The translations under genes were made by a program, and so were the position numbers. The notes beneath the pieces were generated by a model. That model made no database searches, was not told the DNA's origin, and saw only the letters and a program-made list of their open reading frames with translations. Of a DNA stretch of 64,000 nucleotides, positions 42,997-53,790 are shown in pieces; within the stretch, counting starts at the first letter, position 1, and each line of letters opens with the position of its first letter. The stretch is from Mobula hypostoma (Eukaryota). The stretch is from assembly GCF_963921235.1 (NCBI RefSeq), contig NC_086097.1, forward strand, positions 168,332,001-168,396,000. The letters run 5' to 3'.

Positions 42997-43380
42997 ATCT
43001 CCGAAAGGCTGATATACAGATTACGGCAGACGGTTCAGTTAACTATTGTGTTAAATTAACTCGAGCTGTATAGTTTACTTCTCAACAGGGTTCTGCCACT
43101 TGGAAAGAAACTGCATAAGGAATCACAGGGAGCTGGATAGGAAGATCCTTATCAAGTGCTGCTAATTACCAACGGCAACACACACAAATTTCTGGAGGAA
43201 CTTAGCAGGCCGAGCAGCTTCGATAGAAGAGAATAAATAGTCGATGTTTTGGACAGAGATCCCTCACAGGACTGATGAGTCCATCTGCAGATTTTCTCAT
43301 GTTTGCTGTTAATTATCAACACGGCCGTGAAAGAGCATGGTAAAAGAAGTGGATACAGGCCAACCACTGCAAGTGAGCTA
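42997..43380 (+). pseudogene. ERV integrase C-terminus (continues from SPFDLVTGHP at 40727-40780)
   Basis: LDLRKADIQITADGSVNYCVKL; PYQVLLI/NTAVK..WIQANHCK; split by a short Penelope-end insertion at ~43170-43302. Confidence 0.75.
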
Positions 43381-43399
43381 AAGTGGTATCCGACAAACG

Positions 43400-44300
43400 C
43401 TGTGGTTACTGTGCTAACCTCTTGGTCACACTGCCTATATTGCTGGACTCCAGTGAGTAAATCACTAACAAGCCACAAGACTTCAAACAAGTCAACAATG
43501 ACTGGACATTATGAAGTTTACTTTAATATTATTTGTTGTTAAGTTTTAGCCACTTTTCCCTACTCATAGTGTGCCAATCTGACTCTTAATGTATACTTGT
43601 ATTATTGATGATCAGAAATATTACACTTCAATAAAGTTCCTATCAAGTAATAAGAAATGGTCTAAGTTCATGGACCAATACATACCCTATGTGCAAAAAG
43701 AATCTACAGCTCCCTTCCATGTACTTGGTTAAGATCTTGTTATTTAGGGTATGTTTTTCCTGCCACAAGACACATACACACACCATACCTTTACCTCCCA
43801 AGTGTGGTAGTAAATGAGACATTGCAAGAGTTAGTTTTGCATCCTATTCTCATTTTATGGAGTTGCAAGAAGTACAAGAAAGATTAAAAATGTTGCTGCA
43901 GCCTCAGAAAAGGTAAACAATGACACTGCTGAAACCTTGGGAAATATACCATCAAATGATTACCATACACAAGATGGTTCTTCAAAATCATATGGCAATA
44001 GATCTTCTCATAGCAGGTAAGGGGCGAGAACATATGCTGTTGTAGACAAGAGTGTTGTACTTACCTGACAAGTCTGAAGACATAACTAATTTGGCTGGTC
44101 ATATCGTAAGGAAACAACTAAAATGCATCAATCAGATGTATGGGATTTCTTTGTATTCATTAAGTCTTGGAAGCTGGGGTTACTCAATATTACAAGTCAC
44201 AATATTCATACTAATATGCCTTATAATTTACAACTTTTTTTACTTGCTTAAAGGTGATCCTTACCAGAATACTTCAAACTTACGCAAGTGTGCCCACTAA
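43400..44300 (+). pseudogene. ERV env remnant (gamma-type TM subunit)
   Basis: Hydrophobic FCILFSFYGVA; heptad region; immunosuppressive-domain-like LQNHMAIDLLIAGKG at 43980; ECCTY/PDKSEDIT; TM helix GSWGYSILQVTIFILICLIIY. Confidence 0.8.
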
Positions 44301-44470
44301 TCTGCCTAGCAATAATCTTATGAATACTTTGAAGTATGTGCACTTTGATATTTCATAACCCAAGTAGTTTATTAAAAATTATTTTACACATAACCTAGAT
44401 AGCAGTTTTTCTACCACTGAATTTTCAGATGTAATGATTCTAACTTGTGATTTAGGATCAAAGGGGGGTT

Positions 44471-44924
44471 TGTTGGATCCAACTGTTTAATTTTAATTGT
44501 CATTTTCTTTGCAGTTTAGCAATCAATTATCTGCTTCTATTTTAAGTAGCCTTTTTCGAATGGAGGGTTTGTTCTTTCATTAAGTGGCTAATATTTTCTC
44601 ATTGGTTAATTTTACCATAGTATTAAATAAGCATAATTCAATGAGATAATACCTAAACTATGGAATTTTCTTCGTGTTTTGAGTTTGAAAGTAGCTGTTT
44701 TATGCTAGACACCATCTTTAGATCCTCATGCAACACACATAAAAATTGTTGGTGAACGCTTTAGATCGTCTCTTCTTCAAGTAGTAAGAACCCTCCACCC
44801 ATCACTGTTCCGTCCCTGTTCTTTTTGTTCTAACAATTCTAATAAAAAGCTCGTGAAGCAACAAGTTTTATGCCTTGTTCCTGACTTTTAAAAGAATTTT
44901 AGATTTAAGGGCCAGAATCCAACA
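44471..44924 (+). repeat. ERV 3' LTR
   Basis: TGTTGGAT...ATCCAACA inverted termini; AATAAA at ~44841; preceded by a polypurine tract. Confidence 0.85.
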
Positions 44925-45153
44925 ACATCTACACTTAAATCCCTTTCACCCTTCTACTTGTTCTAAGTGCTCTTATTAAAAAGCTCTCCCAAATTGCTTA
45001 TAACTCCATTTTCAAACTCCTAACATCAGGCCATTAATTTTTATCAAAACTCCAGCAAGTCGCAGTCTGCTTCTGTTCTCAGTAAATCCTATTTTCACTT
45101 ATACTAGTTGTGCTTTATGAGCCTTTAGTTTTTGCTGCCCCACTGGAGATATA

Positions 45154-46346
45154 CAACACCTTGAAAAAGTATTCAGCCCCCAACCAGTTGTTCTCATCAA
45201 TGAGTACTACAAACAGGGATTTTGATCAATTTAACTGAGAACTTTTATTTGTGAATCACATGTTCCTTTTCTCACAGTAGAACCCAAAAAACAGGGAAAA
45301 TTGTAAAGCAGGAGAAAGTAAAAATCCAAAAATGGTGATGTCAGCAGTTCAAAAGTATTCACCCCCCCGCCTCCACTTTGCTCAGTACTTAGTTGAACCA
45401 CCTCTCACAGCTCTTACAGCCAGTAGTCTTTTTGGATAAGTCTCCATTGGCTTTGTACAACATGATGGAGCAAGATTTGCCTATTCCTCCTTGCAGATGC
45501 TCTAGCTGTGCCAGGTTAGTTGGGGAGAGGCAGTGAACAGCAATCTTGAGGTCTTGCCAGAGATGTTCAATTGGGTTAAGGTCACGACTCTGACTGGGAC
45601 ACTCAAGGACATTAATTTTCTTCATCTGAAGCCACCACATGGTTCCTTTGGCAGTGTGCTTTGGGTTGTTATCCTGCTGAAAGGCAAATTTCCTCCCCAG
45701 TTTAAACTTTCAGGCAGAACTAGCAGGTTTTTATCCAGCATCTCTGTATTTAGCAGCATTTGACTTCCCAGTTACACAGTAAAGATCTTGGACACTTGGC
45801 TCTGCCAATATTGTCTCATTACTGCTGCTGCTTGTTATAGCTGTAGCTTCAACAGATCTTTTATCGCTATCGTCTCTCCTCCAGGGTTTTCACCCTGAGT
45901 TTTTCAAGTAAGGTAGAGATACTCACTACTAATTCCACTTTTAACAGTTTATATCTTTGGTTTCTAATAGTTTGCAGCGTTTCTCTCACTTTCCCGTACT
46001 GCGTCAGCCACGCCTCCTTTTCACAAAGCTTTTTTTCTCCCCAGTTCTTTTTTAATTCAATAAACCTCATTTTCATCCCTCCACAGGTGGAGCTTACTAA
46101 CATTACATCGTTCGGGTTTAATTAACCTGCATTACACCAGCATAGTCATTACAAAGGAGATGAATTCTTTTTCAGCCTCACAATTTAGGCTTTTAATTTT
46201 CAGTTAATTGCTGACAGGTTTTGGAATTTTTTTATTTGACATGATACACAATGTTTTGTAGAATGCTACCTCAACATATTTTAAATTTAGAAGACAGTAA
46301 AATGCGAAAATAGTTGTGGGGGCTGAATACTTTCACGAAGCACCGC
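45154..46346 (-). mobile_element. Tc1 derivative retaining only the transposase C-terminus
   Basis: TIR core AAAGTATTCAGCCCCC at both ends; LECPSQSRDLNPIEHLWQDLK. Confidence 0.75.
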
Positions 46347-49300
46347 AGATTTGAACTACTTCGGCATTTGACCAAACCATATTAAACACTATCAGACCCT
46401 AGATTCTGCGAATCAAAGTTCAAAATTAATTTATTATCAAAGTACATAAAAGTCATTCTGGAATACCAAAGTTCTTTTTTCAGATGACCTCCTCTTGTAG
46501 CATTGAGCCATCTCTATAGCACGCTTCAATTCACCTTAGCCACCAAGCTAAACTTCACCTAAGAAACTATCCCCTCTCATCGCCCAAAAGCTTATCCTGT
46601 GTGCAATTTAATTCTTCTTAAAACTTTGGCTTCACTTTTTTTGAGCTGAGAACTAGTTGACAAATTCTCAAATAATCTGTCATCCACCTCAAGTTCCTTC
46701 TCAAAACATTCAAGCACCATCCTTACAAATTCATCTGCTCTCTCATTTTCTTCGCCGTAAAACACATCATCAGTGATAAAGTTTAAGGAAATGGGGGATT
46801 CTCAGATTCCTGTAAACAATGGGTTAAGTACTGACTATGTCTGTGACTGCAGTGTGATTGAATAATGTCTCACAGCTGCTTTCTTTGGAGCAAGATAAGG
46901 ATTAACGTTCACCCAGATCCACATAAGATGTCTACTGGCTTTTCACACCTTTTGATTTTGACAAACGGCAGTACCTGATGGAAATTAGACAAGATTTCTT
47001 TAATTAAGGTGGCTGGACTGTCTATCAAACTGATTGTTCTTTTGTATCAATAGTCCATTGACTTGACTGGAATGGTTATCAAACTGATTGTTCTTTTGTA
47101 TTGGTGGCCTTATAACTTATAATTCTGACATCAGGCAGTGAACTTGTTGAACTGCTGGAGAGATGAGAACACTTCTCTCTCTGATGTCGGGTCCCAAGTT
47201 CACTCACCGGCTGAGCTCGAAGAAATAAATGGGTGAAAAAATGAGTAACAATCTTTTTGTGCCATCGAGATTTGATCCGGCACATTTACGTTTACATCAG
47301 CTCCTCAATAAATAATATTTATACAGCTGTATGCTTCTACCATGAAGGGTGAATGAATGGACAAAAACTTGATAAAGAAATTGTAAGGTTATGCACATCG
47401 GCAAGTGGAATCTTAAGGCAGGTAATTCTCTTAATGGAGAAAGATTGTAGATGTGTGAAGTACTGAGGGTTCTAGGTATTTTTGTGCAGGAATCCATTTG
47501 CAATCAGGCACAGCAAGCAGTTAGGAAGACAAATGACATGTTAGCCTTTATTGAAAGAAGGTTAGTATTCAAAAATATGGAGGTGTTTTTACAATTGTAC
47601 CAGGGTACCAGCAAGGACATAGCAGGAGTACTGCGCAGAGTCTTGCACAACTCAATTAAGAAATGACATACTGGTATTGGAGATGGTCGAAAAAGAAATT
47701 CACTGAGCTAATTCGTGGATAAGAGGGTTGTCATGTCATTTATTTAGCAACACACCGTGGAGTTGGCCCCTCTGGCCACATCATCCCAAAACTGCCTAAC
47801 CTAATCACAGGACAATTTACAATGACCAAGTAGAGTGGATAGCCAGCGCCTCTTCTCCAGGGCACCACTGCTCAATACAAGAGGACATGGCTTTAAGGTG
47901 AGGGGTGGGAAGTTCAAGGGGGATATTAGAGGAAGGTTTTTTACTCAGAGAGTGGCTGGTACATGGTATGCATTGCCTGAATCAGTGGTAGAGGCAGATA
48001 CACAAGTGAAATTTAAGAGACTACTAGACAAGTATATGGAGGAATTTAAGATGGGGGCTTATATGGGAGGCAGGGTTTGAGGGTAGGCATAACATTGTGG
48101 GCCGAAGGGCCTGTACTGTGCTGTACTATTCTATATTCTATGTTCAAGTAGCCTTCTGGTAGTCTTTGAACTGTGGGAGGAAACCGAAGCACATTGGAAA
48201 AACCCATGCATTACAGGTGGAGGATGTACAGACTCCTTAAAGAACAACGCCAGAATTAACTCTGAACTCCAGAATAGTCATAGTCATACTTCATTGATCC
48301 CGGGGGAAATTGGTTTTCGTTACAGTTGCACCATAAATAATAAATAGTAATAGAAATAATAATAGTAACACTACTATTAGTAAATAGTAATAGTCATGGA
48401 AATAATAAATCGTAATAGAATAGTAAAAGAAAAATAGTAATAAATAGTTAAATAGTAATATGTAATTTATGCCAGTAAATTATGAAATAAGTCCTGGACC
48501 AGCCTATCGGCTCAGGGTGTCTGACCCTCCAAGGGAGGAGTTGTAAAGTTTGATGGCCACGGGCAGGAATGACTTCATATGATGCTCTGTGCTGCATCTC
48601 GGAGGAATGAGTCTCTGGCTGAATGTACTCCTGTGCCCACCCAGTACATTATGTAGTGGATGGGAGACACTGACCAAGATGGCATGCAACTTAGACAGCA
48701 TCCTCTTTTCAGACACCACCGTGAGAGCGTCCAGTTCCATCCCCACAACATCAATGGCCTTACGAATGAGTTTGTTGATTCTGTTGGTGTCTGCTACCCT
48801 CAGCCTGCTGCCCCAGCACACAACAGTGGTGCCTACGTGTAGTAATTAAGTTAGACCCATATTCTTTGGCGTGTATAGAAAATCCTACAAAGTAGATGTA
48901 GAGATGTTTCCATATTGGCAGACTCCCAAGCAAGGGTTCATGCAGAATATTCTGATGATTAGCTTATCAACCATCTGAGAATCCTAGTGGTTTATCACAT
49001 GAATCAGCAGGTGATGTTTCCTTCACTCTCTTTCAAATCACCATGGCCCCAGCTCTAACACTCATTTTTGACTTACCAGGAACCACTTTCCCAAGCTCCC
49101 TTTAAAATGACCAAGGCTCCATTTCCCAACTCATTTAAAATTAAACGTACTGGGTTAATTGGGAAATTTATAATATTATGTAACATCTGAAAAATTAAAT
49201 TGAATAAAAAAAAGTGCAGGGGTAATAAATGGAAAAACAAACAATACTCCAGAAAATCTGCTTGTCCTGATCAAAGTCTTACAGCTGAAACAAGATAAGT

Positions 49301-50348
49301 GAGTGGGTGGTTATTTAAAACAGAGGTGTGCAGGAACATCTTGCAGAGAGTAGTAAACCTCTGGAAGAGGATTGAGATGGTTAAATCATTTAAGGCATTT
49401 CAATAGGAATATGATCAATTTTTGGAAAATTACACAATAGTGAGCTATGGGGAACTAACAAAGAAGAGCAGAAGCTAGCTGTCAGTTACATAAGCTTGAG
49501 GGAACAAATGACTATTCCTGATCTTTGTTTTTTATGTTACTACTTTGGAACTACTCCAACCAGGTTTTAAATCTCTTACTAACTCTTCCTTCAGTTAGTC
49601 CTGACAAAGGGTCTCAGCCTGAAACGTTGACTGTACCTCTTCCTAGAGATGCTGCCTGGCCTGCTGCATTCACCAGCAACTTTGATGTGTGTTGTTTCAC
49701 CACACAGCACAGGAACAGTCTATCATTTGTAACTGACAACTGATTCCCCTTCCTTGTTTGCAACCTATCTGCAGCCTGTAACAATAAACTACACTGCCTC
49801 CTCCACAGAATTTCCTTCTCCAACATCAACATCCTCTCTCAGGACTAAACGCTCAAGACTGAGACCCTAGTTAGATCAAGGTGGCACCGCTGCTCAGACT
49901 CTGTCATTCACAATCCTGACACCAGACTTCTGAAACAGAAATTATTCCAAACTCCCACAGAATAGGTCATCCAGAAGGCAGAGGAAAAGACTCAAGGATG
50001 TTCTCAAAACAACTTTGAAACTTGCAATATTCCTACTGACTCCTCTCGGTCCCTTGCCCACAATCACGCAAAGCACGAACAATACAGAGAACCTGAAGTC
50101 CATGCATCAGATCCACCATCTACTAAGTTGCTGACTGGGATGTTATACAATACACCAACGTCACTTACCAAGTGCAGAGGCCTAAACTCCACCGGGACCC
50201 GCCTGAGTCACATTGAGAAGGGGCGCTAACCTGAGAAGGTCGAGGTAAGGTGGAAGGAACGTGGAAGGAACGGGGAAGGAGTGAGGCGCAGGGCAGCGAG
50301 CCAGCCGGCCGGCTGAGCTACGGACACTGCTGTAAGTCCATCACTTAC

Positions 50349-50438
50349 CGGTCTCCAGGCTGGCCTGAAGTGCTGAGGGCCCAGGCTCATGCACAATCTC
50401 CGACAGCAACGGGCTACCAGGAAATAACGATGCGCCAT
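50349..50438 (-). CDS. AFG3L2: AFG3L2 coding exon 1 (MAHRYFLVARCCRRLCMSLGPQHFRPAWRP; mitochondrial presequence)
   Basis: ATG at 50438 in a CpG-rich region; MAHR start as in vertebrate AFG3L2; Arg-rich with no acidic residues; 90 nt, phase 0, followed by GTAAGT donor. Confidence 0.88.
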
Positions 50439-50650
50439 AACTCCTTTCGCTCTGAACTACCGAGGGCAATCAGTTACGGTGGCCAAAATCAGACTGAACC
50501 GTGGACATGGCCACAACGTCCCGATTCATTGCATCGCAGCTGTCATCAAGACCCGCTCGCGCTGGCGCCTGACGTCACGTAGTTGCCCCGCCTATGATGG
50601 CGTCACCCAGACTCGGTGACGTCACTGACCAACAAAACACCGGGTAAAGT
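50439..50650 (-). promoter_or_regulatory. AFG3L2 5'UTR and CpG-rich promoter
   Basis: CpG enrichment ~50170-50650; full CRE palindromes TGACGTCA at 50570-50577 and 50617-50624; TGGCGTCA at 50598-50605; GC box CCCCGCC at ~50586. Confidence 0.7.
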
Positions 50651-51459
50651 TTATCTGACTCCTCCGGATGGTTGACCATGTTCTTGCTTTTGTTCTGCCT
50701 GTGCCGCTGCTGCCTTCTGTGCCCATCATGTTGTCTTTGCATGTTTTTCACGCTTCTTTTCGTCGTCATTTATTTGCTCGATTCCTCTGCGTTCATAAAT
50801 CTGCCACCATATGGTGAAGTGCCATAACCTCCTCCACTCTCACTTCCGAGCTGTAGCAATTGTATTTTCACTGCAAAAGGTGAACCAAACTGTAGACCCA
50901 TTTAAAAAAGCAATTCAACCCCCCTAGAATGGATTTAATTTCAAATATGTTTGGAATCTGCTAGACAAATTAGGCTCAACTGAAATCAAAGCAAAACGCA
51001 CAAACTGCTGGAGGAACTCAGCAGGCTGAGCAGCATCTATGGGAAAAAAAAGTACGGTCGACGTTTTAGACCGCGACCCTTCGGCAGGACTGGAGAAAAG
51101 TAGTTGAGCAGATTTAAAAGATGGGGGAGGGATGAAGTAAAGAGCTGGGAAGTTGATTGGTGAAAGAGAAAGGGGAAATCTGATAGAAGAGGACAGAAAG
51201 CCATGGAAGAAAGAAGAGGGGGAGGAGCACCAGAAGAGGCAATGGCCGGGCAAGGAGATAAGGTGAGTGAGGGAAAAGGAGATGGGGAAAGGTGAAGGAG
51301 GGGTGGTGATTACCGGAAGTTCAAGAAATCATGTTCATCCCATCCGGTTGGAGGCTACCCAGATGGAATTCAAGGTGTTGTTACTCCAACCTAAGTGTGG
51401 CCTCATCACGACAGTGGAGGAGGAATGGAAATGGGAAGTGGAATTAAATGAGTGGCCAC

Positions 51460-53790
51460 TGTGGTGATATCACGTGTAAGAACGTGATTGGAGAGAGCTC
51501 TAAGCATGCGCAGAAATGATAGAATGATCTGGAACATGGCTTGGTAAAAACATGGTTTTGTTTTGTTGCTGTAAATAAAAGTTCTAATTCTTCCAGAATA
51601 TGATTGTTAACCCACGGTACGTATAAATATTAAGAACACAACATGGTGTCAGAAGTCGGTCTGGAAGAATAATATGTTCACTAACATGGGAGAAGCGAAG
51701 ATAATCGAAGAAAAAAGAGTTCAAACTGTTTTGGTGTTCGCTAACAGTTTTAAAAATGGAAGGTTTGCAACCTCCACTGACACTTCAGCTGACTGGGAAT
51801 GTAGCTGAGAACTGGAGAAAATTCAAGCAGTGTTTTGAAATATATTTATCGGCGATTGAAGCTGATAGAAAACCGGAAAAAACAAAAGCTGCGCTTCTAC
51901 TCCACATAATAGGTGATGACACAATTGAGGTATATAATCACTTTATTTTTGAAGATGGAGGTAATTTGAAATTGGAATCGATAATGGACAAATTTAAAGC
52001 ATACCGAAGCGTAATGTGACGTATGAAAGGCATAAATTTTTTACACGTGCGTAGAGAGCTGCTGAAACAATTGATCAATATATTATGGAGTTGAGACACA
52101 GGAGTAAATCATGCGAGTTTGCAGAACTGACAGACTCTCTCACTAAAGACAGAGTTGTTTGTGACATTTGGGATAATGGTGTGAGAGAAAGACTGTTAAG
52201 AGAACAAGATTTAGACAGCAAAAGCTTTGATGCTTTGCAAAGCTTCAGAAACCATGATGTCACGGGCTAAAGTGCTTTTCATTCAGAGCTGTGCTGTGAA
52301 AAAGTGCGAACATATTAGAATAAATAATAATACGACAACAAAACCGACAGAGAGCAAGACGTCATCTGAGAGAATTAAGCTATGTGATCGCTGTGGGCAG
52401 CATCGACCTAAACAGTGTCCAGCATATGGGAAAATGTGCAGCAACTGCGGTAACAGTAATAATTTTTCACTCTGTTGCAGAAGTAGAATGAAAATAAAAC
52501 AAGTAAACTCAGTGCTTGAAAATGAACTTGAGGAGTTTTATATAGATATGCTCTGTGAAAACAAAGTAAGAATGACTGGACTATTCCATTGCAAGTGAAC
52601 CAAAACAATATTCTGTTTGTGCTTGATACTGAAGCACAAGTAAATATTCTTGCAGAATCTGAGTTTAATGTATTAAAGCCAAGACCAAAGTTATATAAGA
52701 CAAATGTAAAAGTGACTGGGTATTCAGGTGCAGACATTCCAGTTAAAGGAACATGTGTGGTAAAAGTATCACACAAAAATATTGTGCACATGCTTTCATT
52801 TGTGGTGGTGCCAAAGAATGTACAGTCAATACTGGGTCTATCTGTCTGTGAGAGACTGAATTTGGTGAAAAGAGTCTTAGTCCTGGACAGTGACAGAGTC
52901 AGAATACAGTGACAGAATAGAATGGCTAGAAGTCATAAAGAAAACTCCCAGACCCATCCCTTTGTTACCAGCATCTGGCAAAGCATTGCCACCACAACCA
53001 GGAGTTGCAATTTTGCCCTCTGGAAGTAATGCACATGCATCAATGGGCCATGCATTCCATCACAATCTCACCTCTGCAGGAGGACAGAGGCCAAACTTGC
53101 CGGTACAGTACAATACTGATCTGAAGCCAAAGAATGACAAGAATCAGGATCCAATTGAAGAAGTGAAAGCACAAGTGAAGGAATTGAGAAGTGTTATTGA
53201 AATGATGAAGTCTCAGCATAAAAAAGAGATTACACAGTGAATGAATAAATTAGATGAAGAAAAGAAGATTCGTATTTCATTACAAGCGGAAGTGGAAGGA
53301 ATTAAGAAAGCTACAGTACTTGAAGAAGTACAACCCAGGTCATACATGGTCCAAACAGACGAAGGAGCAGTGTTAAGAAGAAATCACAAAGACCTAAAGA
53401 AAGAGCCAACTTCAGAGTTTTAGTTAACTGATGCAAACCAGACAAAACATGGAAATAACAACAAAACACAAGAACTGTGTGAACCACTTAGAAGGTCTCC
53501 TCGTGTTCGTAAACCCCAGAGAGACTGATAAAAACATGTTAAATTATGCGTTTGTTCTGGTTAATGTGGCTACTTGTTTCTGTTGTTAAGGAAAGGAAGA
53601 TGTGGTGATATCACGTGTAAGAACGTAATTGGAAAGGGTTCTGAGCATGCGCAGAAATGATAGAATGGTCTGGAACGTGGCTTGGTAAAAACGTAGTTTG
53701 GCTTTGTTGCTGTAAATAAAAGTTCTAATTCTTTCAGAATATGATTCTTTATTGTTAACCCACGGTACGTATAAATATAAGAACACAATA
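51460..53790 (+). mobile_element. Non-autonomous Gypsy LTR retrotransposon (gag, protease, captured segment, IN C-terminal tail)
   Basis: LTRs 51460-51643 and 53601-53790; 5-bp TSD GCCAC; PBS TGGTGTCAGAAGT (tRNA-Leu type) at 51644; PPT AAGGAAAGGAAGA at 53588-53600; gag GNVAENWRKFKQ; Cys knuckle CDRCG..H..CPAYGKMCSNCG; protease LDTEAQVNIL; IN tail PRSYMVQTDEGAVLRRN; several frameshifts. Confidence 0.93.
52914..53312 (+). pseudogene. SH3KBP1: Captured SH3KBP1/CIN85 C-terminal fragment (Pro-rich linker and coiled coil) inside the Gypsy element
   Basis: [52 protein letters not shown] versus recalled CIN85 [53 protein letters not shown]; upstream LPPQPG versus LPPKPG; one in-frame stop at 53238-53240. 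Confidence 0.85.

Larger units (their letters stand above)
28695..44924 (+). mobile_element. Decayed endogenous retrovirus (class I, epsilon/gamma-like) fragmented by nested insertions
   Basis: Paired LTRs starting TGTTGGATCCAACTG at 28695 and 44471; PPT AAAGGGGGG before the 3' LTR; collinear pol and env motifs between them. Confidence 0.85.

Noticed and set aside
50575..50769. 64-aa ORF upstream of exon 1
   Set aside because: Overlaps promoter motifs; no recognisable homology or splice support
53140..53312. Cargo as CD2AP, or as a real SH3KBP1 exon
   Set aside because: [13 protein letters not shown]..IKKA fits SH3KBP1 better than CD2AP as I recall it; it lies between LTRs, has an in-frame stop and no other exons of the gene are nearby
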